64,000 nt of DNA from Mobula hypostoma. Lineage: Eukaryota. Under the pieces are notes generated by a model, which saw only the letters and a list, made by a program, of their open reading frames with translations, did not search any database and had not been told where the DNA came from. The stretch lies in NCBI RefSeq assembly GCF_963921235.1, contig NC_086097.1, positions 156,986,001 to 157,050,000 on the forward strand, written 5' to 3'. Positions within the stretch are counted from its first letter, which is position 1, and each line of letters opens with the position of its first letter. Below are positions 1-12,461 of the stretch, in pieces. The position numbers and the translations under genes were made by a program.

Positions 1-160
1 CAAGACATGACTTGGGTGATGGGGGTCCTTAATGATGGACGCCACCTTTGTGAGATATCACTCCTTGAAGATGTCCTGGACACTTCGGACACTAGTGCTC
101 ATGATGGAGCTGACTAAGTTTACAATTCTCTGCTACTTACTTCAATCCTGTCCAGTAGCC
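1..160 (-). mobile_element. Rex1/Babar-type LINE fragment (ORF C-terminal region)
   Basis: The reverse complement resembles the + strand Rex1-like copy at 23283-23858 (ATAQDRKKLQKVVNLVSSI-type region). Confidence 0.7.
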
Positions 161-164
161 ATGA

Positions 165-1161
165 CTCTAGATCGAGATTCGAAAGACCTCTGCCTAATCA
201 GAAATCCGTACTGGGAACAAACTGTTGGTGTAAGAACAGATAGAGAAGTGAATCAGTTTACAAAAATCAAGAGAGGCATTAGACAAGGGTATGTTTTCTC
301 CTCTGATTTATTTAATGTGTACAGTGAAACAATATTACAAAAAATAAGAGACAAAGTTGGCGGTGAAAACATCAATAACTTCAGATATGCAGATGACACT
401 ATGTTAATTGCAAATACAGAGGAAGAACTACAAAACTTAATTGATATAGTTGTTGAAGGAAGAGCAAAAATGGGTCTAGCTATCAATTGCAAAAAGACAG
501 AATGTATGGTGATATCCAAAAAGAAGGAGAATCCTCTCTGCGGGCTGAGAATAAATGGGGAAAACATAAAACAAGTACAGAACTTTTGCTACTTAGGAAG
601 CTGGGTGAGATCAGATGGTAGGTGCGACATGGACATCAAAAGAAGAATAGGGATGGCAAAAGACATCTTTACGAGAATGAAGAGTATACTGACCAATACT
701 AAACTAGGCATGACAATCCGCCTCAGGGTACTGAAATGTTACGTTTATCCAGTTCTGTTATATGGCTCAGAATGTTGGACAATATCTAGTAACATGAAGA
801 AATGTACTGAAGCAGCAGAGATGTGGTTTTTGAGAAGGATGCAAAGAATATCATGGACAAAACAAATATCTAACGAGGATGTCATGAACACAAAAAGAGA
901 AATAATGTATGAGATCATGAAAAGGCAACATAACTTCTTTGGACATGTGATTAGGAAAGAGGAGTTAGAATGCACAATAATTATGGGAAAGATTGAAGGG
1001 AAGAAAGCAAGAGGAAAACAAAGACAAATGATGATTGAGACAGCCGCCAGAGAACTGGAAATGAATACCAGTGAATTGATCCACTTGACCCGAAACAGGA
1101 GTGTGTGGGCCATGGCAGTCAAAGCTCAAACTGGGCACGGCACCTGATGATGATGGTGATG
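165..1161 (+). mobile_element. RTE-clade LINE, 5'-truncated, with RT and C-terminal domain in one open frame
   Basis: RT motifs RGIRQG, FRYADDTML and FCYLGS; RTE-type C-terminus LLYGSECW and GKIEGKKARG; (TGA)n tail; 8-bp TSD agccatga at 157-164 and 1162-1169. Confidence 0.92.
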
Positions 1162-1277
1162 AGCCATGAAACATTGATCTTTCAGCATCTGGACGACTGC
1201 AAATGTGATGGTGATTCTATTAGTTTCAAACCTAACATCCGTCTCTCTAACAATGAAACTAATGTCAAGAATACATG

Positions 1278-1746
1278 AGAAGTGTTGCACTCAATGTTGG
1301 TAAGACGAAAGAGCTGATTGTGGACTTTTGGCGGGGTAAGACAAGGGAACACGAACCAGTCCTCATAGAGGGATCAGGAGTGGAAGAAGTTCAAGTTTCT
1401 GGGTGTCAAGATCTCTGTGGATCTAACCTGGTCCCAACATATCAATGCAGCTATAAACTAGGCAAGACAGCAAATATATTTCGTTAGGAATTTGAAGAGA
1501 TTTGGTTTGTCAACAAAAACACTCAAAAACTTCTAGCATTCTGACAGGCTGCATCACTATCTGATATGGGGCGGGGCGGGGGGGGGGTGCTATTCCACAG
1601 GACCGAAAGAAGTTACATAAAATTGTAAAATCAGTCAGCTCCATCTTATGTGCTTACGTCCATAGTATCCAAGACACCTTCAAGCAGCAGTGTGTTAGAA
1701 AGGCAATGTCCATTATTAAGGACCTCCACCAACCAGGGCATGCCCT
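1278..1746 (+). mobile_element. Rex1/Babar-type LINE, 5' part (interrupted by a CR1 nest)
   Basis: LNVGKTKELIVDF motif. It stops at ccagggcatgccct and the same element resumes at about 6435. Confidence 0.8.
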
Positions 1747-2409
1747 GTTGACCATAAACCCTTAAAACCATAAGACATAGGAGTAGAATTAGGCTATTTA
1801 GTCCATCGAATCTGCTCCGCCCTTCCATCATGGCCAATCCTGGATCTCACTCAACCCCATGTACCTGCCTTCTTGCTAAATCCTTTAGTTCACTGACTGA
1901 TCAGAAAGCTATCAACTTCCGCCTTTAATATACCCATGGACTTGGACTTCACTTTAGTCTGTGGCAGAGCATTCCACAGATTCACAACTCTCTGGCTAAA
2001 AGAATTACTCCTTACCTCTGTTCTAAAAGGTCATCTCTCAATTTTGAGGCAGTGCCCTCTAGTTCTGGCTACCCCGTCCATAGGAAATATCCTCTCGACA
2101 TCCACCCTAGTCCTTTCAATATTCGGATGTTTCAATGAGATCCCCCCCACTGCATTCTTCTAAATTCCAGTGTGTACAGGTCCAAAGCTGCCAAATGCTC
2201 CTCATATGTTAACCCTTTCATTCCTGGAATCATCCTCAAACCTCCTCCAGACTCTTCTCAATGACAACACATTCTTTTTGAGATATGGGGCCCAAAACTG
2301 TTGAAAATACTCCAAGTGCTGCCTGTCTTAAAAAGCCTCAGCATGATCTCCTTGCTTTCATCTTCAATTTCCCTTGAAATAAATGCTAACAATGCATTTG
2401 CCTTCTTTC

Positions 2410-2670
2410 CGTTGTCGTCATGGCTATCCCTCGAGGTCGAGGATGATGGTCTTTGTTCTGAAGAAGTGGCCCACACAGTGAAGACGCCTATGCGTGTATT
2501 TGTTTAACGTGTACTTGATGTTGCACTCCAAGAAGCACACGATACTTCACAAATCAACCAATGATTCAAATGGCATGGAAATCATGACGATTGGAGCTGA
2601 TGGATTTGTTGCAGCCTTCATCCGTTTTCACAGCCGTTGAGTTCGAATTAACTTCGTCCGCCTGTTCCGC
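2410..2670 (-). mobile_element. Non-coding SINE-like element with an RTE-type 3' stem-loop and (GAC)n-like tail
   Basis: The minus strand ends accatcatcctcgacctcgagggatagccatgacgacaac. It is CpG-rich, interrupts a CR1 and has no RT-like frame. Confidence 0.55.
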
Positions 2671-3069
2671 CTAGAAAATGCCCCCTTTATTCTCACTCGC
2701 TGCCTATTGGCTGTCAACTATTCCTCGATCCATGCCAGTATCTTTCCTGTAACGCTATAAGATTTTATCTTGTTAAGTACCCTCATGTGTGGCACCATAT
2801 TAAATGCCTTCTGAAAATCCTAGTAAATGACATCTTCTGCGTCTCCTTTGTCCATCCTGCTTGTTACTTCCTCGAAGAATTCTAACAGATTTGTTAGGCA
2901 AGATATCCCTTGACAGAAACCATGCTGACTTTGATTTATTTTGTCATTAGTCTCCATGTACCCCGAAACCTCATCCTTAATAATAGACCCCAACATTTTT
3001 CCAACTACTCCCTCCCTTCCTCCCTTCTTAAAGAGTAGATTGACATTTGCAATCTTGCAGTCCTCCAGG

Positions 3070-5161
3070 ATAGAAACATAGAAACATAGAAAATAGGTGC
3101 AGGAGTAGGCCATTCGGCCCTTCGAGCCTGCATCGCCATTCAGTATGATCATGGCTGATCATCCAACTTAGAACCCTGCACCAGCCTTCCCTCCATACCC
3201 CCTGATCCCTTTAGCCACAAGGGCCATATCTAACTCCCTCTTAAATATAGCCAATGAACTGGCCTCAACTGTTTCCTGTGGCAGAGAATTCCACAGATTC
3301 ACCACTCTCTGTGTGAAGAAGTTTTTCCTAATCTCGGTCCTAAAAGGCTTCCCCTTTATCCTCAAACTGTGACCTCTCGTTCTGGACTTCCCCAACATCG
3401 GGAACAATCTTCCTGCATCTAGCCTGTCCAATCCCTTTAGGATTTTATACGTTTCAATCAGTTCCCCCCACAATCTTCTAAATTCCAATGAGTATAAGCC
3501 TAGTTCATCCAGTCTTTCATCATATGAAAGTCCTGCCATTCCAGGAATCAATCTGGTGAACCTTCTTTGTACTCTCTCTATGGCAAGGATGTCTTTCCTC
3601 AGATTAGGGGACCAAAACTGCACACAATACTCCAGGTGTGGTCTCACCAGGGCCTTGTACAACTGCAGTAGTGCCTCCCTGCTCCTGTACTAGAATCCTC
3701 TTGCTATAAATGCCAGCATACCATTCGCCTTTTTCACTGCCTGCTGTACCTGCATGCCCACTTTCAATGACTGGAGTATAATAACACCCAGGTCTCATTG
3801 CACCTCCCCTTTTCCTAATTGGCCACCATTCAGATAATAATCTGTTTTCCTGTTTTTGCCACCAAAGTGGATAACTTCACATTTATCCACATTAAATTGC
3901 ATCTGCCATGAATTTGCCCACTCACCTAACCTATCCAAGTCACTCTGCATCCTCTTAGCATCCTCCTCACAGCTAACACTGCCGCCCAGCTTCGTGTCAT
4001 CCGCAAACTTGCAGATGCTGCATTCCCTCATCCAAATCATTAATATATATTGTAAACAACTGGGGTCCCAGCACTGATTCTTGTGGTACCCCACTAGTCA
4101 CTGCCTGCCATTCTGAAAATGTCCCGTTTATTCCCACTCTTTGCTTCCTATCTGCCAACCAATTCTCTATCCACATCAATACCTTACCCCCAATACCGTG
4201 TGCTTTAAGTTTGCACACTAATCTCCTGTGTGGGACCTTGTCAAAAGCCTTTTGAAAATCCAAATATACCACATCCACTGGTTCTCCCCTATCCACTCTA
4301 CTAGTTACATCCTCAAAAAATTCTATGAGATTCATCAGACATGATTTTCCTTTCGCAAATCCATGCTGACTTTGTCCGATGATTTCATCGCTTTCCAAAT
4401 GTACTGTTATCACATCTTTGATAACTGACTCTAGCAGTTTCCCCACCACCGATGTTATGTTAACCGGTCTATAATTCCCTGGTTTCTCCCTCCCTCCTTT
4501 TTTGAAAAGTGGGGTTACATTAGCCACCCTCCAATCCTCAGGAACTAGTCCAGAATCTAACGAGTTTTGAAAAATTATCACTAATGCATCCACTATTTCT
4601 TGGGCTACTTCCTTGAGCACTCTGGGATGCAGATCATCTGGCCCTGGGGATTTATCTGCCTTTAATTCCTTCAATTTACCTAACACCACTTCCCTACTAA
4701 CATGTATTTCCCTCAGTTCCTCCATCTCACTAGACCCTCTGTCCCCTACTATTTCCGGAAGATTATTTATGTCCTCCTTAGTGAAGACAGAACCAAAGTA
4801 ATTATTCAATTGGTTTGCCATGTCCTATCTCCCCATAATCAATTCACCTGTTTCTGTCTGTAGGGCCCTACATTTGTCTTAACCAATCTTTTTCTTTTCA
4901 CATATCTATAAAAGCTTTTACAGTCAGTTTTTATGTTCCCTGCCAGTTTTCTCTCATAATCTTTTTTCCCCTTCCTAATTAAGCCCTTTGTCCTCCTCTG
5001 CTGAACTCTGAATTTCTCCCAGTCAGGTAATAGAGAGTACCCCAGTGGCTGTGCCCCTTGACAATAGGTACTCCTGTTTGAGTACTGTTGGGGGGGACAG
5101 CTTACCTGGGGGAAGTGACAGTGGCCGTGCCTCCGGCACAGAGTCCAGCCCTGTAGCTCAG
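3070..5161 (-). mobile_element. Young CR1 LINE with a 5' inverted ORF1-like segment (5021-5161 on the + strand)
   Basis: (TAGAAACA)n tail at 3071; ORF2 pieces 3997-4821, 3795-4094 and 3168-3662 ([45 protein letters not shown]). Confidence 0.93.
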
Positions 5162-6434
5162 GTCATGCCAGAATCAAGTGATTCTTGAAAGATCATGACC
5201 AATGTATATGTTATCTCTTCAGCAACCTCTCTCAGTACTCTGGGATGTAGTCAATCTGGTCCAGTTGACTTATCATATTAAGACCTTAGAGTCTGCCTAA
5301 CACTTTTTCCTTTGATATAGCTATGGCACTTACTCCTGCTCCCTGACACTCACGGACATCTGGCACACTTCTAGAGTCTACCACAGTGAAGTCTGATGCA
5401 AAGTACTCATTAGGTTCATCTGCCATTTCTTTGTCCACCATTACTACCTCACCTGCATCATATTCCAATGGTCCATTATGAACTCTCACCCTGCTTTTAG
5501 TCTTTATATTTGAAAAAAAACTTCTATTATCCTGTTTTATATTATTGGTTAGTGTGCCCTCATATTTCATTTTTCCCCTTCTATTCTTTTTTTTTTAGTT
5601 GCCTTTTGTTGTGTTTTAAAGCTTCCCAGTCATCCAACTTCCCTCTCTCTTTTGCTACATTATATGCCTTTTCCTTGGCTTTTATGCAGTCCTTAACTTC
5701 CCTTATCAGCCACATTTGCCTACCCTTGCCATTTGAGAACAACTACTTCTATGCAAGATATCTATCCGGCATCTTGCGAACTATTCCCAGAAACTTCAGC
5801 CACATCTGCTGTCACCCCTGCTAGCATCCTTCTCCAATCCGCCTGGCAAACTCCTCTCTCATGCCTCTGAAATTCCCTTTATTCCATTGCAATTCTGATA
5901 CATGTGACTTATGCTTCTCCCTCTCAAATTGCAGTGAATCACATTATGATCACTGTCTCCTAAGGGTTCCCATTAGGTTTCCCATCCCTAAGGATTTACA
6001 TTTAGCTTCCCAATAAGGTCTGGGTTATTACACATCACCCAATCTAAGATAGCCTTTCCCCAAGTAGGCTCAAATACAAGCTGCTCTAAAAAGCCATCTC
6101 ATAGGCATTCAACTTACTCCACTAACCTAATATTCCCAAACCCCTTGAATATTGAAGTCCTCCATTACAATTGTGCCATTACCCTTATTACAAGCCTTTT
6201 CCGATTCCTTTGCAAACTCAACCCCACATCATGGCCACTATTTGGAGGCCTGTATATGATCCTCATAATGATTATTTTACCCTTGCAGTTTCTTAACTCC
6301 ACCCACAAAGATTCAACATTCTCTGACCATATGTCACTATTTTCTTACCAACAGAGCCACACCACCACCAACGTCTTCCTGTCTGTCCTTTGACGTTAAG
6401 CTCCCACCCATGCCATGACCGAGTGATGCTCATA

Positions 6435-6738
6435 ATGCCTCTCTTTTCATTGTTATCGTCAGGTAGGAGGTACAGCAGCCTGAAGCCACACGCTCAGTGA
6501 TTCAGGAACAGCTTCTTCCCTTCCGCCATACAATTCCCAAATAGACATTGAACCCATGAACACCTCACTTTTTAAAAATACATACTATTTCTGTTTTTGC
6601 ACTATTTTTAATCTCTTCTGTAAGATTTACTTATTTATTTATTTGTCTTTCTATATTATCAGGCATTGCATTGTACTGCTGCTGCTAAGTTAAGAACCTT
6701 CACAATACATGCCGGTGATAATAAACTTGATTCTGATG
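6435..6738 (+). mobile_element. Rex1/Babar-type LINE 3' part (continuation of 1278-1746)
   Basis: Contains tcaggtaggaggtacag...ttcaggaacagcttcttccc and the aataaa-tgattctga tail, as in the copy at 23283-23858. Confidence 0.8.
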
Positions 6739-7938
6739 ACTCTGTTTTTCATCCAGAATACTGATGTAAGATACCTTGCAAATGACTAAACCTTACTTTC
6801 TTTAACAATAACAATCTGATTGATATAACGCCCTCAACTCAACAAGCACCCTTCAATTTTATCAGCTTTATCTACCTCTTGCCTGATTTCCACAAGTCAA
6901 TGAAATGATTCCTTCTTACTCCTGGATCACTGAATTAATCTCCTGTTCGCTCAAGAGTATGACATCCTGTTTGATGTATTGATCATTGTTACACAAAGGT
7001 GTTTTAATGGAAAAAGTTCAGGATAAATCAGCATAATAATAAAATGACAAATGGGTTTCAATCCGGTAATGCATTGGAAATTAATGATTCCAATGATTTT
7101 TAAGACTAATCCAGATTTAGTAGAATTATGGTTGTTAATTCTCTGCAGTATTCTGAATAGCTGGGCCTCAGAGGCTTAGAGAAGACAGACTGACAGATTT
7201 AAACAAGCAGCTGTCATCGTATGGTTTGCTTATCTATTTATTCCCTTGGAATAAATAAATAAACTTGCAAAATCCATTGTTTTATGTCCCCACATGAATG
7301 GTTTATTGAATATTTTCTTCAGCTCCCGTTGAAGTCAACTTTCAAAATTCATTAATAACCCCTTTGATTTCTTGTAGGATGCTAGGGTACGAACTTGATC
7401 AGTTCTTTTTATGGGTGAAAGCCACATTATAGTCTTTTAAGTACCTTTGCCTAACCCTTTAATATAAGTTTATTTAGTGTTGAATATATTTTTCTCTCAG
7501 GTCTGAACACAATAATCAGGCTGTCAAAAGCATCTTTCAAAGCTCTGTGTAGGGATCACTTGAGGCTCCTCCATTCCTACACATACTGCTGTTCAGTCCA
7601 AACGCTATTGGTCTCCCCTCAGCCTCTCATGTTTATAATAATGCATTTAAGATTAATTGTATTTTTTGGGAGTGGCCTTAGAAATAGTTTTTATTGTCGC
7701 TGTTGTCTCCCTTGCCAAATAGTTACTCATCACTGACCTAACGCACACAACATCGACTTTACATACTTAATTTTATAAAAGCGGCTTATAAGATATAAGT
7801 TACAGTGACTGTAAATGGCACAGTATACTTTCAAGAGCAAATAGTTTCAATCGCTTTCCCTACATGCCACTAAAATGCACAGGATGGTGTTCTGGAATCT
7901 GAACATGATCCCAATTGGCCCAAAGTCTAGGCATTAGG

Positions 7939-8230
7939 GTCAGAATCAGAATCAGGTTCATTATCACTGACATAAGTCATGAAATTTGTCTATTTGTGGC
8001 AGCAGCAGTGCCAGACATAAACATTACTGTAAGTTATAAAAATAATTCAATAGTGCAAAAGACGAATAATGAGTGAGTGCTCATGGTTTCAAGGACCATT
8101 CGAAAATCTGACAAGTGAGGGGAGAAGCTGTTCCTAAAACAGTTGGACTTTCAGGCTTCTGTAACTCTGAGGATGTAACGTACAGAGGGTTTAACCTAGA
8201 CGGTTAGGGTTTTTAATGATGGATGCACCC
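7939..8230 (-). mobile_element. Rex1/Babar-type LINE 3' end
   Basis: Reverse (tcagaa)n tail followed by gggagaagctgttcctaaa. Confidence 0.7.
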
Positions 8231-8331
8231 TTTGTTTTTTGTTGTCTCTACATGACCCAGAAAACCCCTTCAAATCCAACTATGGTGGGATTTGTTTGTA
8301 AGCTCCATTTCAGTATAAATACATACACTTA

Positions 8332-8880
8332 CACTCAGTGGCCATTTTACTAGGTACACCTGCACACCTGCTTATTAATGCAAATGTCTAATCAGGCAAT
8401 CATGTGGCAGCAACTCAATGCATAAAAGTATGCAGACATAGTCAAGAGGGTCAGTTGTTGTTCACACTAAACATCAGAATGGGGAAGAAATATGATCTAA
8501 GTGACTTTGACTGTGGAATGATTACTGGTGCCAGAAGGGGTGGTTTGAGTATCTCAGAAAATGCTGATCTCCTGGGATTTTCGTACACAGCAGTCACTAG
8601 AGTTTACATAGAATGGTGTGAAAAACAAAAAAAAACATCCAGTGTGTGGCTGTTCTGTGGGCGAAAATTGCCTGTTAATGAGAGAGGTCAGAGGAGAATG
8701 GCCTGACTGGTTTAAACTGACGGTAAGGTGACAGTAACTTAAATAACCATGTGTTACAACAATGGTGTGCAGAAGAGCATCTCTGAATATATAACTTGTT
8801 AAACCTTGAAGTGGATGGGCTCCAGCAGCAGAACACCACAATTGTACAGGGGGCAACTAATAAAGTGGCCCCCAAGTGTG
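8332..8880 (+). mobile_element. Internally deleted Tc1-like DNA transposon
   Basis: TA flanks; degenerate TIRs cactcagtggccattttactaggtacacctgcaca and tgtacagggggcaactaataaagtggcccccaagtg; N-terminal HTH remnant MGKKYDLSDFDCGMITGARRGGLSISENADLLGFS. Confidence 0.85.
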
Positions 8881-9307
8881 TATGTCCTATTCCAACTTTA
8901 TATCCCCCAACTACCACACAAGAAAGAGGCCTATTGATTAGGGCATGCACACTTTGCACGAACCCAACTTCAGCAGTCAGAGCACCTAACTTACTTAAGT
9001 CTATTGACCACTGATATTTCATTGAAGAGATAATAAGGCAATCATTCCAGAGCTAAGACATTCAGGTTGCTTTCAAGGTATACAATGCCCCGTGGACCAC
9101 ACTTGCAAAACTGAAGATGGCCATTTGCATCAACAATCAGATAGTTAGTAAAATATCCCAAAGTCCTTCAAAGAAGCTCAATGTAATTGAGATGAGAACA
9201 GAATTAGAGTTGCAGAGATTGTAAAGATCTCAGGGCTTTCTTGCTTCTAGTTTTTCTTTCTCTGATCCTTCTCATGCACAAATCTACATACAATGATTCA
9301 GTATAAT

Positions 9308-9573
9308 TTATTTATTTAGAGATATAACACAGAACAGGCCCTTCTGGCTGATGAGTTTCACTACCCAGCAACTCACCTCTTTAACTCTAGCCTAATCACA
9401 GGACAATGAGACCAATTAACCCAACCAATTACAATGATCCGTTAACCGGTACTGTATATGTTTGGAATGTGGGAGGAAACACATGCATTCACGGGGAGGG
9501 ATGTCCTTACCTTGAACTCCAAACTCTAAGTTGAGCTGTAATAGAGCTGTGCTAACTGTTATGCTACTGTGGC
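9308..9573 (-). mobile_element. tRNA-derived V-SINE (HE1-like)
   Basis: On the minus strand: a tRNA-like head, the V-domain-like core gtttcctcccacattccaaa, and a CR1-type tail. Confidence 0.7.
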
Positions 9574-10914
9574 AGAATCTATTGCTGCTATTAGCAATCT
9601 TTTACCTTTACTATTTCATGCTATTGGTTTTCCCTTTCTGAAAGGGAAGCAGTGAAAACTGATCATTAGCATCCTCTTGAAATTTAGATAGGTGCCAACG
9701 GTGTCTCACCCTGGAACAGAATACATTCATAACACTCAGATATGCATAACTTAATTTTTGATGAAGTAATATTGTAATTTTACATGAAACATTGATCAAT
9801 GATAATTAACTGTAGTAGTTTAAATATAAAATGAGATACAGGGAGAAGATGTTTCCTAATGAATTACCCTGTTGATTTAGAAGCATTCTTTTAATAATAA
9901 TTGCTCCTGCATCATTGCTACAATTCAATAACCACAATGACTATTGTACATATAACTACACTATCTTTAGCATCATGAGATATCTGGAAGCATTTTCAAG
10001 GAGGATTGGCAAAGATTCAACTTTAATTAACATTCCAATGTACCATCATTTAGAATTTAGCCTTATCTTGTCTGTTATTGGACTGTTAATTAGACATCTA
10101 GAGCAACAATTAGACATCTACAGTAATTATTTCTTATTTTAGCATAGACTAATTCTTGGAGATAGCAGTGTCAAATGAACTCCTCAGAATCTTTCAGCAG
10201 AGCTTATCCATTTTTTTCATAGGTTCCTCAAAGATTCACTTATACCCATTTATTGCTTAGACAGTAGCACTGTTTAAGTTAGCATTCCACAAGATATAAT
10301 GCTGATTATTTTCCCAGGGGTTCTTCTCACTGGTGCTCGTCACAGCCCATGAAGGAACAATAAAGAACTAACAACGATTTACTTCTAAATAGACACCATC
10401 ACTTAACTCATCACAATTTTCCAAGGAAAATTAGATTGTTCATATTAAATGGACAGAGAAAGCTGACGATTTAAGTGATGTCCACTTCATGAAAATTGAA
10501 TATTGCAAAACTCACCTTGATTCTTCTTAATACATAAACGAATTAAGACTGTATTAAGATGGCTTGAGCATAAAACATTGATACAATCAAGAATCTTAAT
10601 CGGTTTAAAAGATTTATTGGGGTAATTAGGAAACACAATATCTTTTTCTTTAGGGGTAATTTCAAAATTACTTGCAGGACAATGAAGTGGGAAATCAATA
10701 AGCTATTCATTACATAAAGAAATCTGATTTTTTTTTCAGCAAGGCATTGCAGAAGGTGGTTCAGTTGGAGCCTTCATGTTCAGTGAAGATAAAAAAGGAT
10801 AGGTAACTAACATTCACCTCCAGGATTAATGGAATTGAGGCGCAGGGTGTTCATGATCTACTAGACTGGCAGCTGTAACTTCAAGAACTACTTTCTTTTT
10901 TTCATTTTTTGCAC

Positions 10915-11480
10915 GAATTATTGGCACGGCAGTACTTACTACCATTCTCAACTTCCCCTTCAGTATGTGGTGATAAACTGTTTCTACAAACTCTAGAGTC
11001 CTTCTGATGAAGGTATTACCACAGTGTTACTGAGTAGGGTGTTCATGTTTTACACCGGGGATTAATAAAGGAACAACAATACACTTCCAAATCTGTATTT
11101 GCATAGTACTGCAGGTGTTGGTGCTTCCACGTGTCTCCGGACGTTCACCTTACTGGAACAGCGTATGGACTTGGCCAGTGATATTAGTGGCCAACCTACC
11201 GCATTTTGTAGATAATGCGTACTGCAGCCATTGCGTCACAATAATAGAGCAGGTGAATACTTTGAGTGGTAGGTACACTGCCAGCTAATCAAACTGCATT
11301 GTCATAGATGTTGCTAAGCTTCTTAAATATGGTTGAAGTTGGACTCTTCTAGGTGACTGGGGAATATTTTGTGCTAATACTAAATTGAGACTTGTATTTG
11401 GTGGAAAGACTTTGGGTGGCTGGGTACCCCATGTGCAATCATAGTGTTTCTAAGACTGGTCCATTTAAGTTTCTAGTAAT
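10915..11480 (-). mobile_element. Ancient LINE remnant (CR1/L2-like)
   Basis: Degenerate resemblance to an elasmobranch LINE 3' region (gaaggtattaccacagtgttactgagtagggtgttc). Recognised by eye only. Confidence 0.45.
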
Positions 11481-11494
11481 AGAGTAATAGCATT

Positions 11495-11842
11495 ATAAAG
11501 AGATGCAGCATGGAAACAGGCCTCTTGACACATCAAATATGCAGCGACTATCCACCACCTATTGACGCTAAGTGCATATTAAACCCATCTTTTCACTATC
11601 CATGATCTCGTCAACACCCCGACCACACTCCCGCGATTCTATCACTCACCTACAAACTAAGCAAAATTTACAGTGACTAAATAACCTGCACAGTTTTGAG
11701 ATGTGAGTTGAAGGCAAAGGTCCCGGAGAAAACACACATGGTCACAGGGACAATATATATACTCTATAGCGATAGCACCAGCAGGCAGGATTGAACCTGG
11801 GTTTCTGGTGCTATGAGGTAGCAGGGCTACTTGCTGTGCTAT
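11495..11842 (-). mobile_element. tRNA-derived V-SINE (HE1-like)
   Basis: B-box-like ggttcaatcc on the minus strand; core gtccctgtgaccatgtgtgttttctccggg; CR1-type tail cctgtttccatgctgcatctct. Confidence 0.72.
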
Positions 11843-12461
11843 TTTCCCACCCTTTTCAAATATGTTTTCTCTCAATCCTTAAATGATGACTCTCTAAGGA
11901 TATTGATGATCAGGTCACTCATTATAATAGTAATATAGCAAAGAATTCTTCCCAGAATGCAATGGACAAAATATCAAAATTTTTTTGCCATAAATTTATG
12001 TCAGAAAGTCAAAAAAAATCTCTCAGTCGACTCTGATTCTGCTGAAGGAGAAGGAAAGTTATCAGGAGAATTTAAGTAGTTCATGCCAAAAACTGTGAAC
12101 CGCTACATCAAATTTATATACTGTATTTTTACTTAAGCCTCTAGGGCAGGGGAAAATTCCAAGAATATTTCCTTTTGTTGTGTATTTAATTCCATCCTTG
12201 ATAGAGCAAATTATATGTGATATGTAAAGAGAATAGGTTGGAGAGTTATGTGGCTCTTTCACATGGGGTTTCCTGTGTAGTAGTCAAGTAATTACCAATA
12301 GAATCATCACTTATCCTGAATGGAATCCCGCTAAGTTTGCTCATGAAATAATCTTTGGATATGAGAATGGTGCTGGAGGAACAGAAGATGGTAAATGTTT
12401 CTTTTCATTAAAAATGAAGAAGATAACTCATGACTTGTCAGCTCAACAGTGATTAAATAAT

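Larger units (their letters stand above)
1751..6434 (-). mobile_element. Older CR1 LINE (3' end at 1751), interrupted at 2410-2670 and 3070-5161
   Basis: CR1 3' tail and hairpin (ccataagacataggagtagaattaggc); minus-strand ORF2 remnants SQHGFCQGISCLTNLLEFFEEVT and EMADEPNEYFASDF; the sequence is continuous across 3069/5162. Confidence 0.85.

Noticed and set aside
1567..1588. G-quadruplex or Sp1 promoter element
   Set aside because: The G-run is a variable tract inside a Rex1 element; a similar tract occurs at 23350-23372.
7490..7740. Exon after the acceptor-like tttttctctcag
   Set aside because: No good donor site was found and none of the three translations is recognisable.
11770..11842. 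tRNA gene
   Set aside because: It is a degenerate tRNA-derived SINE head attached to a SINE core, with no intact cloverleaf evident.
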